Source: an uncultured Acetobacter sp.
Lineage (GTDB): Bacteria > Pseudomonadota > Alphaproteobacteria > RF32 > CAG-239
Reading direction: 5' to 3'
Assembly (NCBI GenBank): GCA_964599945.1
Contig: CAZRHI010000003.1
Coordinates: forward strand, 1 to 33,584
DNA length: 33,584 bases
Shown here: in pieces, positions 1 to 8,472 of the stretch
How positions within the stretch are numbered: the stretch's first letter is position 1
Layout: every line of letters starts with the position of its first letter
Position numbers and translations under genes: made by a program
The notes under the pieces: model-generated
Database searches by the model: none
Told to the model about the DNA's origin: nothing
Seen by the model: only the letters and a program-made list of their open reading frames with translations

Positions 1-98
1 AAATTCAAAAAAAATGCATTTAGCTATTTATTTGTTAACTATTATGTGGTAATAAAAATCTAAATAACGATATAACAATATTTTATGTGAGGTTAAAA

Positions 99-416
99 AT
101 GTCCACAGGTCAAGAATTAGAGCAAGAAAGCAGATATGACATTTTGCAAAATGAAGCAGGCGAAATCCTAATTATTATAAATTCGCGTGCTGGTGGTCCA
201 GAAAATCCGCGTTTTGTATATGATGGCGGTGAAACAGCATTACTTTATCGAACAAAAGAAAGCACAGTAGTATTTAGTGGAATTGCAACATCTGCTCGTA
301 TGCCATTAAAATCTGTTAGCTCAATGCTAATTGTTGAAGTGGAAGATGAAGACGTTGCTCGTGAATATACAGTTCCAGTTCGAATTGTAAAAGATGTAAA
401 AGTCTTGATTAAGTAA
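99..416 (+). CDS. small soluble hypothetical protein (105 aa from ATG 99; the track ORF opens at GTG 87)
   Basis: The ORF is intact in AT-rich DNA. GTGAGG at 87-92 can serve as an SD 6-7 nt before ATG 99. There is no hydrophobic segment, and the C-terminal half is acidic (VEVEDEDVAREY). I recognise no family. It is not NuoK or NuoJ, which are membrane proteins. Confidence 0.5.
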   Translation: MSTGQELEQESRYDILQNEAGEILIIINSRAGGPENPRFVYDGGETALLYRTKESTVVFSGIATSARMPLKSVSSMLIVEVEDEDVAREYTVPVRIVKDVKVLIK

Positions 417-475
417 TATCTTTTTCGTATATTCGGTTAAAACGGATTCTGTAAAACAACCGAAACGGAGAGATT

Positions 476-2152
476 GTGGTGGAAAATACAATTATATGTT
501 TGATTGTAATTGCGCTAATTAGCCTAATGCGCTTGCGTATGAGGTATGATAAAGTTTTATCTTGGCTGGTTTTCTTCGCGGTAGTGTATCTCTTTGAAAG
601 CTATTGCACTAGTTCTATAAGCACAAATGCCAATAATTTAAGCTTTTTGTGGAGTGAAACCCGAATCGGTAAAATCACCGTAACATTTACCCCAACAGTA
701 TCACTTAATCGTTTGGTTATCCCATTGTTTTTTATGACAATGATGACAATATTAAATAATAATATTTTTAGATACGAAGAAAGGCGTAGTGCGTTTAATG
801 CGTTTTTGTTATTAAACTTCGTAACGTTGAGTCTTTTGATGAGTGCTGAAAACTATGTTCAGCTGATAACTGCGGTGTTTGTTTCTGATATTTTAGGATA
901 TTTGGTGTTAAAAGATGTCGATTCGTCACATCGTTACGTTATTTATAATCTATTTGCAGATATGTGTTTGTTTATGGTTCTGGCTTTGGCTTGTGGTAAA
1001 ATCCAAAGTTTGGAATTGAGCAGTTTATCTAATTATAAAAAAATAGGAGGACATCGAGATTTTGTTGGTCTTATAACTGCCTTTGCTATATTTATCAAAA
1101 TTGGGTGTTTTCTGTTTCAAAGCTATTTGCTAGATATAAGTACAGCTCGCTTCCAAAGAATGAGTGTTATAAATCTGATGTTTTCACCTCTTGTGGGTAT
1201 ACTATTATTAGTAAAACTACATGATTTACTCTTAGTTTCTAATTTGTTTATTCCAACCTTAAAAATAATGTCTGGCACAACATTTATGGCAGGATTGTTC
1301 TATTTTGTGGTTAAAGATAATATACAAAAGAAAAATGTATGTTTAAATATGGCTTTTTATGGGTTACTAATGTATTTGTTGGAGTTGTGTCATTTTGAAT
1401 GGGTAACTCTTTTGGGCTACTACCTTATCATGATGTACCTCTTTAATCAGTTTATCTTTAAGATATATTTATATCAAAACAGAGAACAACGCGTCAGCCG
1501 TATGTTAAACGCTCGGGAAATTAACGCAGTTGCTCTGCAAACAATTTTTATGCAAGTTGTTTTTTTAGCAGGGCTGTTTTTTATGTTAATTTTGAAAACA
1601 TCAACAGCTCTTGCGGATAATAAAATAATTTTAGCAGGCGTTGCAATACTGTTGGCACTAAGCATAGTTTTGCATCACATATATAAATCACCACATTCAT
1701 ATCGTCTAGATTATCTAAACCCTAATAAATGGCGTGTTTTGTCATTTTTATTTAATAGCACATTGCTAGTTGTTGGGGGATATGTATTTGAGATATATCA
1801 ATGGCAGAGTGCAATTTTTGTAATTGTTTTTATGGCGATAACCGCTTTACCACAATGGGCAAAGCTGCGTAAACTTTATGAAAAAGAGGGACTGCAAAAA
1901 GAAGATGTAAGCAAAAGCTTGTTTTACTACATTTTGGTAGAGCCTTTGAAATATTTGAGTAGAACCCTGTGGTTAGTGGTAGATTTTATTTTTTCAGAAA
2001 AAATGATAACCTCAGCATTTGGAACAATAAATAAATTTAGCATTTCATGCTTTTTTAAACTAAATCAAAAGAGCATTGTGGCGGGTATTATATATATTAT
2101 TTTAGGAGTCTTGATTTTTGTTGCATCGTTTTATTGGAGATATTTCCTATGA
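476..2152 (+). CDS. NuoL/MnhA-like antiporter-type membrane protein (Proton_antipo_M-like), highly divergent
   Basis: 558 aa and polytopic. By-eye alignment to NuoL: SAENYVQL...VSDILGYLVLKD matches LADN....WEGVGL.SYLLIG. NLFADMCLFMVLALACGKIQSLEL matches TRVGD..L......Y...G.L.F. FIKIGCFLFQSYLLD matches GKSAQ.PL..WLPDA. GGAGA at 467-471 precedes GTG 476/479. It is the first of three consecutive paralogs upstream of birA. Confidence 0.6.
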   Translation: MVENTIICLIVIALISLMRLRMRYDKVLSWLVFFAVVYLFESYCTSSISTNANNLSFLWSETRIGKITVTFTPTVSLNRLVIPLFFMTMMTILNNNIFRYEERRSAFNAFLLLNFVTLSLLMSAENYVQLITAVFVSDILGYLVLKDVDSSHRYVIYNLFADMCLFMVLALACGKIQSLELSSLSNYKKIGGHRDFVGLITAFAIFIKIGCFLFQSYLLDISTARFQRMSVINLMFSPLVGILLLVKLHDLLLVSNLFIPTLKIMSGTTFMAGLFYFVVKDNIQKKNVCLNMAFYGLLMYLLELCHFEWVTLLGYYLIMMYLFNQFIFKIYLYQNREQRVSRMLNAREINAVALQTIFMQVVFLAGLFFMLILKTSTALADNKIILAGVAILLALSIVLHHIYKSPHSYRLDYLNPNKWRVLSFLFNSTLLVVGGYVFEIYQWQSAIFVIVFMAITALPQWAKLRKLYEKEGLQKEDVSKSLFYYILVEPLKYLSRTLWLVVDFIFSEKMITSAFGTINKFSISCFFKLNQKSIVAGIIYIILGVLIFVASFYWRYFL

Positions 2153-3576
2153 ATGAATATCTCTTGCTAATGTTAATCATTATACCTCTTTTAGGTTCGG
2201 TGTTTGCTTTATGCTCCAAAGAAGACCGAAATTATGCTATCAATAACATTTATTATGTGTCTATCTGGACAATGATAGTAAATACAATATTGGTGTTATA
2301 TACATTTTCCAAAATGGATGTAAATAAGAGCGGTATACAAATTATTGAGAAATATACATGGTTTAGTTTCCCCTCAACAGATATATTACTTGGGGCAGAT
2401 ATTTTTTCGATGTTGCTGTTGCTTAGTATCAATTTGTCTTTTTTAACAGCGGATATTTGTTTAGATCATACCACCGAACGTCCCAAAACGCTAATTGCTT
2501 CAGAACTCCTGTTTGTGGGTTTATTAGATGGCTATTTATTATCAGGTGATATAATTTCTTTTTATGCGTTTTTTACCGCCCTAATAGCCCCCGTTATTAT
2601 CTTGATTAGTACTTATGGCAATTTACGCAAGATAAACACGTTAATACGTTTTAGTTTGTATAATATCATTGGCGTTTTATTACTTTTTATATCAATTATG
2701 TTAATATGTCATTTCAAAATGGCAAATATTCCGCTTAATACTATTGGACACTTAAATCTAACAGGGGGAATAGAATATTTTGTCTGGTTAAGCATTTTGT
2801 TTGCATTTATCTCGCGTTTACCAGTTTGGCCATTTCATTATTGGATTTCATCAGTTAACGCCAGTTTGAAAAATCCATTAGTTTTTATTGTCGGAAACCT
2901 TATACCTTTGGTAGGTCTATATGGGTTTATTCGCTTTTGGCCAAATACTGTGCCTCAAACGATTGCGGAATATGCTCCCTTTTTTGAAGGGATTTGTATT
3001 TTGAGTATGCTGTTTATGTCGCTGGTAAGCCTAAGTCATAAAGATTTACGTTATAAACTTTTTTCATATACTGCCGTCTATTCACTCTTATTTTTAACTG
3101 GGATATTTTTGCCAACAGGCGTACTAAAATCTAGTATCGGATATTCTCTTTTTTCCTATATTATGATTGTTACAATCTTGTCTTTTTTAATAAGTCATGT
3201 CGAAACCCAAAAGAAAAAATTAAATCTATACCTAGGAAGTGGAATATTGTGCTATCTACCACGAACCTCCAAATGTCTTTCGTTGTTTGTTTTAGCAGCA
3301 ATAGGTCTGCCAGTAACCCCATTGTTTTGGAATAATTTTATTATCATCTCTGAGATATTTAATTTCAATCTTATTTTTGGTGTGTTGGTCATGCTATCAT
3401 TATTTATTGTCGCACTATCGTTATTAGAAGAATTATACCGAATGAAAGACAAGAGTTATGCGGAAAGCATATGTGTATTAGGAGAAGATCTCCCTAAACT
3501 ACATTTTGGAATATACATTGGGTGTTTGATGATTTTGTTCTTTTCATTTTTTAAACCTTTGTGGTTCGTTTTCTAA
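2149..3576 (+). CDS. NuoM-like antiporter-type membrane protein, divergent
   Basis: SRLPVWPFHYWISSVNASLKNPLVFIVGNLIPLVGLYGFIRF aligns with the NuoM core K.PL.PFH.WLPDAH.EAPT.GS..LAG.LLK.GGYGF.RF. ATG 2149 overlaps the upstream stop as ATGA (2149-2152). I therefore prefer it to the track start at 2134. Confidence 0.72.
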   Translation: MNEYLLLMLIIIPLLGSVFALCSKEDRNYAINNIYYVSIWTMIVNTILVLYTFSKMDVNKSGIQIIEKYTWFSFPSTDILLGADIFSMLLLLSINLSFLTADICLDHTTERPKTLIASELLFVGLLDGYLLSGDIISFYAFFTALIAPVIILISTYGNLRKINTLIRFSLYNIIGVLLLFISIMLICHFKMANIPLNTIGHLNLTGGIEYFVWLSILFAFISRLPVWPFHYWISSVNASLKNPLVFIVGNLIPLVGLYGFIRFWPNTVPQTIAEYAPFFEGICILSMLFMSLVSLSHKDLRYKLFSYTAVYSLLFLTGIFLPTGVLKSSIGYSLFSYIMIVTILSFLISHVETQKKKLNLYLGSGILCYLPRTSKCLSLFVLAAIGLPVTPLFWNNFIIISEIFNFNLIFGVLVMLSLFIVALSLLEELYRMKDKSYAESICVLGEDLPKLHFGIYIGCLMILFFSFFKPLWFVF

Positions 3577-3591
3577 AGGGAGTAAGTCAAA

Positions 3592-5013
3592 GTGTTACAG
3601 CAAATATTTTATGTGTTTCCAGAATTAGCTCTCTTTGGTGGTATAATTCATCTATATTTTAGCTATATATTAGGAGAAGAGTCCCCCAAGCTTTTTGCAA
3701 GAACTGCGCGTATATGGTTGTTAATTTCCTTGTTTTGTAGTGTAATGTATTATGACCATAGCTTTAATGAAAAATATTTTTCAAATAATTCATATACCTT
3801 GCTGTTTAAAATAATAATCAATATCTTTGCTTATATGATATTAGGACTAGCACCACAATATTTCTCTGCCACAAAAAAGAGTGGTTGTAAATTTTATATT
3901 TTATTTTTATCAGCACTTATCTCAATAAATGTAATGCTTGCAACAGTTAATGTAACAATATTAGTGTTAAGTTATCTTTTATTGTTGTTTATCAACCACC
4001 GACTGTTGGAAGTAAACTGCGACAAAATGTCTTTAGTGGCGCGTTTACGTTATATGAGTGCAGGAGCGGTGATACTTTGTTTGCTCGTATTTGGTTTTGT
4101 TGGCATATATACATTAACCAATGGCTCACCAGATTACTATTTGCTCGCCAACATAATAGAAGAAAAAAAACAATCTTTTATGGTCTATCTATATGTCATC
4201 TGCTTGATAATACCATTTTTATATTCTTTAGGGCTAGCTCCATTTCATAGTTTTTCAGAAGATAAATTAGGAAAGTCCTCTCTGCCCGTAAGTCATTATT
4301 TAGCCGTGGTTGTTCCCTTCGCTTATTGGGGAACATTTATTAAGCTAAATAAAGAAATCGCAACGCCATTTGCCGAACAAATATCACCAGTGTATATGTT
4401 TTTGGGACTGTTATCAGTTGTATACGGCGCAATGGGGGCAAATGCGAGAATTAACCTACATCGCATCTATTCATTTTGCTTAATGTACTATTTTGGTATG
4501 CTGTTAGTGTTATTGTCATTGTTTAATCCTCAGACAGATTTTATAATTTTCATTAGCTTGTTTGCCAGTATAATCGGAATAAACGGAGTTTACCTTGTGT
4601 TTTATAGCTTAAAAAGCAGAAATGAGTATCTATCAGCAATAACCTCGCTCTCTGGTTTAGCGGAAACTCGTCCATATACCACAGCAACTTTACTGATTAG
4701 CTTGTTTTCGCTAATGGGGATGCCACCATTAGCAGGCTTTTTAGGACAAGTTAGCCTAGCATCAGAACTGATTGCCTCTAAGAGTTTTATAAGTCTAAGT
4801 ATTATCTTTTTCTTTTTATTGTTATTAGCAAAAACTTATCTAGAAATCATGAAAACAGCATATTTCGAACATAAAATCATCGCGTTAGATACTGAACCAA
4901 AATTTTTATGGCTCTATATGCTCGGTAACATCATCTGTATCGGTGTAATCGCATTTAATCCTAACCACCTGTTAAAGATAATAAAGGATATGTTTTATGT
5001 CATTTTCATTTAA
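3592..5013 (+). CDS. NuoN-like antiporter-type membrane protein, divergent
   Basis: 473 aa and polytopic. LGLAPFHSFSEDKLGKSSLP matches K....PFH.W.PDVY.GAPT. ARLRYMSAGAV matches S.EA..KYF..G. The C-terminal LFSLMGMPPLAGFLGQ matches the NuoN motif L.SL.G.PP..GF..K. The GTG start has AGGGAG 8 nt upstream. It sits directly before birA, as nuoN does in Alphaproteobacteria. Confidence 0.65.
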   Translation: MLQQIFYVFPELALFGGIIHLYFSYILGEESPKLFARTARIWLLISLFCSVMYYDHSFNEKYFSNNSYTLLFKIIINIFAYMILGLAPQYFSATKKSGCKFYILFLSALISINVMLATVNVTILVLSYLLLLFINHRLLEVNCDKMSLVARLRYMSAGAVILCLLVFGFVGIYTLTNGSPDYYLLANIIEEKKQSFMVYLYVICLIIPFLYSLGLAPFHSFSEDKLGKSSLPVSHYLAVVVPFAYWGTFIKLNKEIATPFAEQISPVYMFLGLLSVVYGAMGANARINLHRIYSFCLMYYFGMLLVLLSLFNPQTDFIIFISLFASIIGINGVYLVFYSLKSRNEYLSAITSLSGLAETRPYTTATLLISLFSLMGMPPLAGFLGQVSLASELIASKSFISLSIIFFFLLLLAKTYLEIMKTAYFEHKIIALDTEPKFLWLYMLGNIICIGVIAFNPNHLLKIIKDMFYVIFI

Positions 5014-5728
5014 TCACAAAATAGCCCAGTGGGATTGGATAGATGTTACAAAAACCACATCAACCAATGATGAGATCAAGAAACTCATCAATACAACAGA
5101 GAATGAGAATATAGTTGTTAGTGCAAAAAAGCAAACAGCGGGGCGTGGGCGTCGAGGTAGAAAATGGCAAGCAATAGACGGTAATTTGTATTTTACATAT
5201 AGCCTAAAAATCTCCCCCGAAGAGTTAAGTCGAGTTGTTTGTCTTATTGGATTAAGTTTAGCAAAAACCGTGCAAAGCCTGCTTCCGACAAAGACAGTCC
5301 AAATCAAATGGCCAAATGATGTGTTTCTTGAGGGAAAAAAAATCTCGGGCATCTTGTTGGAAAGTCTAGGAAATAATTTATGGGCAATAGGAATAGGGGT
5401 AAATATTACCTCTGCGCCGCTTCTTGAAAATTCAGCCTATGAAGCAATATCTTTAAATGAATGTGGCTTAAGGGTTGACCGAATAGATTTTTTGCATTAT
5501 TATTTACAAAACTTTGCGCAAGATTTAGCGATATATAATAAAGAGGGCTTTGCTCTTCTTAAAGAACAATGGTTAAAACTCGCACTTAACTATCAAAAAC
5601 AAATAACAGTAAAAACGGAAACATCAGAGAAAACAGGAAAATTTTTAACACTTGACGATAATGGTTTTTTGATATTAGAAACTCCCCATGGCGAAGAACG
5701 AATTATGGTTGGTGATTTGTTTATATGA
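4997..5728 (+). CDS. birA: biotin--[acetyl-CoA-carboxylase] ligase, group I (no N-terminal HTH)
   Basis: It carries the signature QTAGRGRRGRKW (GRGRxGRxW) followed by GNLYFT, and KWPNDV...KISGILLE. AAGGA at 4984-4988 lies 8 nt before the ATG. The start overlaps the end of the NuoN-like gene by 17 nt. Confidence 0.9.
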   Translation: MSFSFNHKIAQWDWIDVTKTTSTNDEIKKLINTTENENIVVSAKKQTAGRGRRGRKWQAIDGNLYFTYSLKISPEELSRVVCLIGLSLAKTVQSLLPTKTVQIKWPNDVFLEGKKISGILLESLGNNLWAIGIGVNITSAPLLENSAYEAISLNECGLRVDRIDFLHYYLQNFAQDLAIYNKEGFALLKEQWLKLALNYQKQITVKTETSEKTGKFLTLDDNGFLILETPHGEERIMVGDLFI

Positions 5729-5743
5729 AAAGGAATAATAAGA

Positions 5744-7420
5744 ATGAACGAATTTAACAAAGACGGGATTTATTTTATACCACTAGGCGGAGCCGATGAA
5801 ATCGGTATGAATATGTTTGTGTATGCTTCAAATGGTAAGGTAATAGTGGTTGATGCGGGATATGGCTTTTTGAATGATGATTTCCCAGGAATGGATATGT
5901 GTTATGCTTCTCCAGAGTTTTTAGAAAACTATAAAGAAAATATTTTAGGGCTATTCATCACTCACGGACACGAAGATCATCTAGGAGCGATTGCACAAAT
6001 CTGGCCTTCAATACAATGCCCAGTATACGGAACAGACTTTTCACTAGGGCTAGTAAAAGAACGCTTAAGCGAATATAAAATGCAAGATATTGTTCCTCTT
6101 ATCTCTGTAAATCATGAAAAAATAGTCAAATTAGATGGGTTTGAAGTGGAGTTTATTCCTATTGCTCATTCGATTCCTGAAACTTCCGCTTTGTTTATCA
6201 AAACCCCACATGGCAATATCATGCACGCGACAGATTGGCGTTTTGATGATAATAAGCTTTCTATGGTAAAAACAGATTTTGCCTCGTTAAAACGTGTGGC
6301 AAAAGAGGGTGTGGATATTTTTGTTTGTGATTCGACCAATGTAATGGTAGACGAACCCCAAGCCAGCGAAGAAGATGTTCGTGATTGTTTAATCAAAATG
6401 ATACCAGAAATGCAAGGGGGAATTGTTGCCACCTGTTTTGCTTCCAATGTGATGCGTTTAGAAAGTTTGATATTAGCCGCGCGTGCAGCCAATCGCACCC
6501 CCGTATTAGTTGGTAGAAGCTTGGTAACCAATGTCAAAATTGCAAAAAATTGTGGTTATTTACAAGATTATACCGATATTCACACCATAGAAGAAGTTGA
6601 TGGGCTAACCTCAGATAAAGCCCTGTATATATGTACTGGCTCTCAAGCAAATTACCGTAGTGCAATGACCATGATTGCCAATGATGAAAATAAATATATA
6701 AAATTATCATCAGAAGATAATGTTATATTCTGCTCCAAAATGATTCCAGGAAATGAAGATAAAATCGAACGCCTGCAAGAAAAAATATTAGCCAAAGGAG
6801 CAAATCTCATAACCGAGGAAGATTATTTGGTTCACACCTCTGGTCATGCGTGTAAAAAAGATTTAAAAGCCATGTATGAATTGCTAAACCCTAAAATAGT
6901 GCTTCCAGTTCATGGTGATAAAAAGTTTATCCGTGAGCATAAAAGATTTGCCCTAAATTGTGGGGTTAAAGATGTTTTTTCTGCTCAAAATGGAGATATT
7001 TGCCATTATAATGGTCAAATAATTAGTTTATTAGAGCAGATACCGTCAGATATTATTGCCATAGATAGGGGGCGGAGCGTTTCCTTAGGTTCCGAATTAG
7101 TTAAAAATCGTCGCCGTATAATGTTTAATTGTACATTGTTCATCAGTGCGGTAATAAGTCGAGATTATCAATTAAAATCTCTACAGTTTGATTCCATAGA
7201 TATATTAGAGGAAAATGAATGGTATATACTAAAGGAAGAAATAACAAAACAAGTCAAACCACTTATTGAGGAAAAATTAAAAGACAACCCAAAACGCAAT
7301 TCTGTGGAAGATTTTATTAGAGGGCAAATTCGTCGGAGAGTTTTAAGTGCAACAGATATAAAACCAGTAACAATGCTTCAAGTGCATTGGGAAGAAGATG
7401 AAGATTTAGAAATACAATAA
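5744..7420 (+). CDS. rnj: ribonuclease J (metallo-beta-lactamase / beta-CASP family)
   Basis: It has the HGHEDHLGA motif (HxHxDH) and later the motifs ATDWRFD, FVCDSTN and HTSGHA...LPVHG. At 558 aa it matches the length of alphaproteobacterial RNase J. AAGGA precedes the start. Confidence 0.9.
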   Translation: MNEFNKDGIYFIPLGGADEIGMNMFVYASNGKVIVVDAGYGFLNDDFPGMDMCYASPEFLENYKENILGLFITHGHEDHLGAIAQIWPSIQCPVYGTDFSLGLVKERLSEYKMQDIVPLISVNHEKIVKLDGFEVEFIPIAHSIPETSALFIKTPHGNIMHATDWRFDDNKLSMVKTDFASLKRVAKEGVDIFVCDSTNVMVDEPQASEEDVRDCLIKMIPEMQGGIVATCFASNVMRLESLILAARAANRTPVLVGRSLVTNVKIAKNCGYLQDYTDIHTIEEVDGLTSDKALYICTGSQANYRSAMTMIANDENKYIKLSSEDNVIFCSKMIPGNEDKIERLQEKILAKGANLITEEDYLVHTSGHACKKDLKAMYELLNPKIVLPVHGDKKFIREHKRFALNCGVKDVFSAQNGDICHYNGQIISLLEQIPSDIIAIDRGRSVSLGSELVKNRRRIMFNCTLFISAVISRDYQLKSLQFDSIDILEENEWYILKEEITKQVKPLIEEKLKDNPKRNSVEDFIRGQIRRRVLSATDIKPVTMLQVHWEEDEDLEIQ

Positions 7421-7431
7421 AGGAGCAAATA

Positions 7432-8412
7432 ATGCAAAAGATTATACCACAAAAGCTTCAAAAGGGCGATAAAGTAATGGTGATAGCACCAGCCAGAGGC
7501 ACAAAAATTATCAGCAAAGAAACACGGCAAATAGCAAAAGAAAGGCTAGAAAGCCTTGGGTTAGAAGTGGTTTTTGCCCCCAATGCCACAGATGAAAATT
7601 GGGATTATATGGGGTCAAGTTCAATCGAAAAACGCGTGGCGGATATTCATACCGCGTTTAGTGATAAAAGTATTCGAGCAATATTGACAATTATTGGCGG
7701 AGCAAATTCAAACCAATTATTGAAATATCTGGATTATGATTTGATAAGAAATAATCCGAAAATCTTTTGTGGATTTTCAGACATTACAGCCCTCGAAAAT
7801 GCAATTTATGCCAAAACAGGTCTAGAGGTATATTACGGTCCACACTTTAGCTCTTTAGGTATGAAATATGGCTGTGATTATACTTTTGAACATTTTGTAA
7901 AAATGTTGGTAACAAACGGAAAAGATGAAATTATCCCATCAGAAATTTGGAGTGATGATTTGTGGTTTTTAGATCAGGAAAAACGCGAGTTTGAAGCAAA
8001 CGAGGGATATTGGAATATTCACGATGGCGAAGCTCGCGGAACGATTATCGGTGGCAATCTCTGTACATTTAATCTACTACTAGGAACATCGTATCGTCCA
8101 AAATTTGAACAAGACACGATTCTCTTTATTGAAGATACCGAGGCTAGTCCTTTAGCAGACTTTGAGCGTAACCTTCAAGCCCTTATTTATCAGCCAGATT
8201 TTGAAAATGTCAAAGCATTAGTTATCGGACGTTTCCAAAAAGGCTCTAAGGTAACAAGAGAGGGACTTGAATATGTCTTAAATACGAAAAGAGAATTAAA
8301 AAGTATGCCGATTTTAGCAAATGTGGATTTCGGGCATTCCGCTCCATTGTTAACAATTCCCTTAGGCGGAACAGCCACATTGAAAAATGGCAAGCTATCG
8401 TATGAAGATTAA
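7432..8412 (+). CDS. LD-carboxypeptidase, peptidase S66 family (LdcA/MccF-like)
   Basis: It shows the Ser-Glu-His pattern of S66: GFSDITAL (nucleophile Ser), FIEDTE and DFGHSAP. A strong AAGGAG lies before the ATG. It is the last gene before the terminator. Confidence 0.8.
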   Translation: MQKIIPQKLQKGDKVMVIAPARGTKIISKETRQIAKERLESLGLEVVFAPNATDENWDYMGSSSIEKRVADIHTAFSDKSIRAILTIIGGANSNQLLKYLDYDLIRNNPKIFCGFSDITALENAIYAKTGLEVYYGPHFSSLGMKYGCDYTFEHFVKMLVTNGKDEIIPSEIWSDDLWFLDQEKREFEANEGYWNIHDGEARGTIIGGNLCTFNLLLGTSYRPKFEQDTILFIEDTEASPLADFERNLQALIYQPDFENVKALVIGRFQKGSKVTREGLEYVLNTKRELKSMPILANVDFGHSAPLLTIPLGGTATLKNGKLSYED

Positions 8413-8424
8413 AAGCTAACACAC

Positions 8425-8452
8425 AAAAAGGCACTCAATAAGTGCCTTTTTT
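8425..8452. terminator. bidirectional rho-independent terminator between convergent operons
   Basis: aaaaAGGCACT(caata)AGTGCCTtttttt forms a perfect 7-bp GC-containing stem. An A-run lies 5' and a T-run lies 3', so it can terminate on either strand. It sits between the stop at 8412 (+) and the stop at 8473 (-). Confidence 0.75.
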
Positions 8453-8472
8453 GCATCTTAAAATTTATCTGG

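Noticed and set aside
1474-1665. Many 60-125-aa antisense or out-of-frame ORFs across the window, for example 1474-1665, 5014-5352, 6166-6537, 14755-15021, 23234-23636 and 29362-29739.
   Set aside because: All are embedded in longer genes with clear family motifs. None has its own SD, promoter or recognisable domain.
2134-2148. Upstream starts offered by the ORF track for several genes: 2134, 27110, 24889 (minus strand), 30273 and 87.
   Set aside because: In each case an internal ATG has better SD spacing or forms an ATGA stop-start overlap, at 2149, 27134, 24865, 30276 and 99 respectively. These are judgement calls, not proven.
5334-5342. Homopolymeric A8 tracts inside genes (birA near 5334, the NuoN-like gene near 4165, the GT-C-like gene near 21843) as possible slippage or phase-variation sites.
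   Set aside because: All are in frame with intact downstream ORFs. Runs of this length are expected by composition in DNA this AT-rich.
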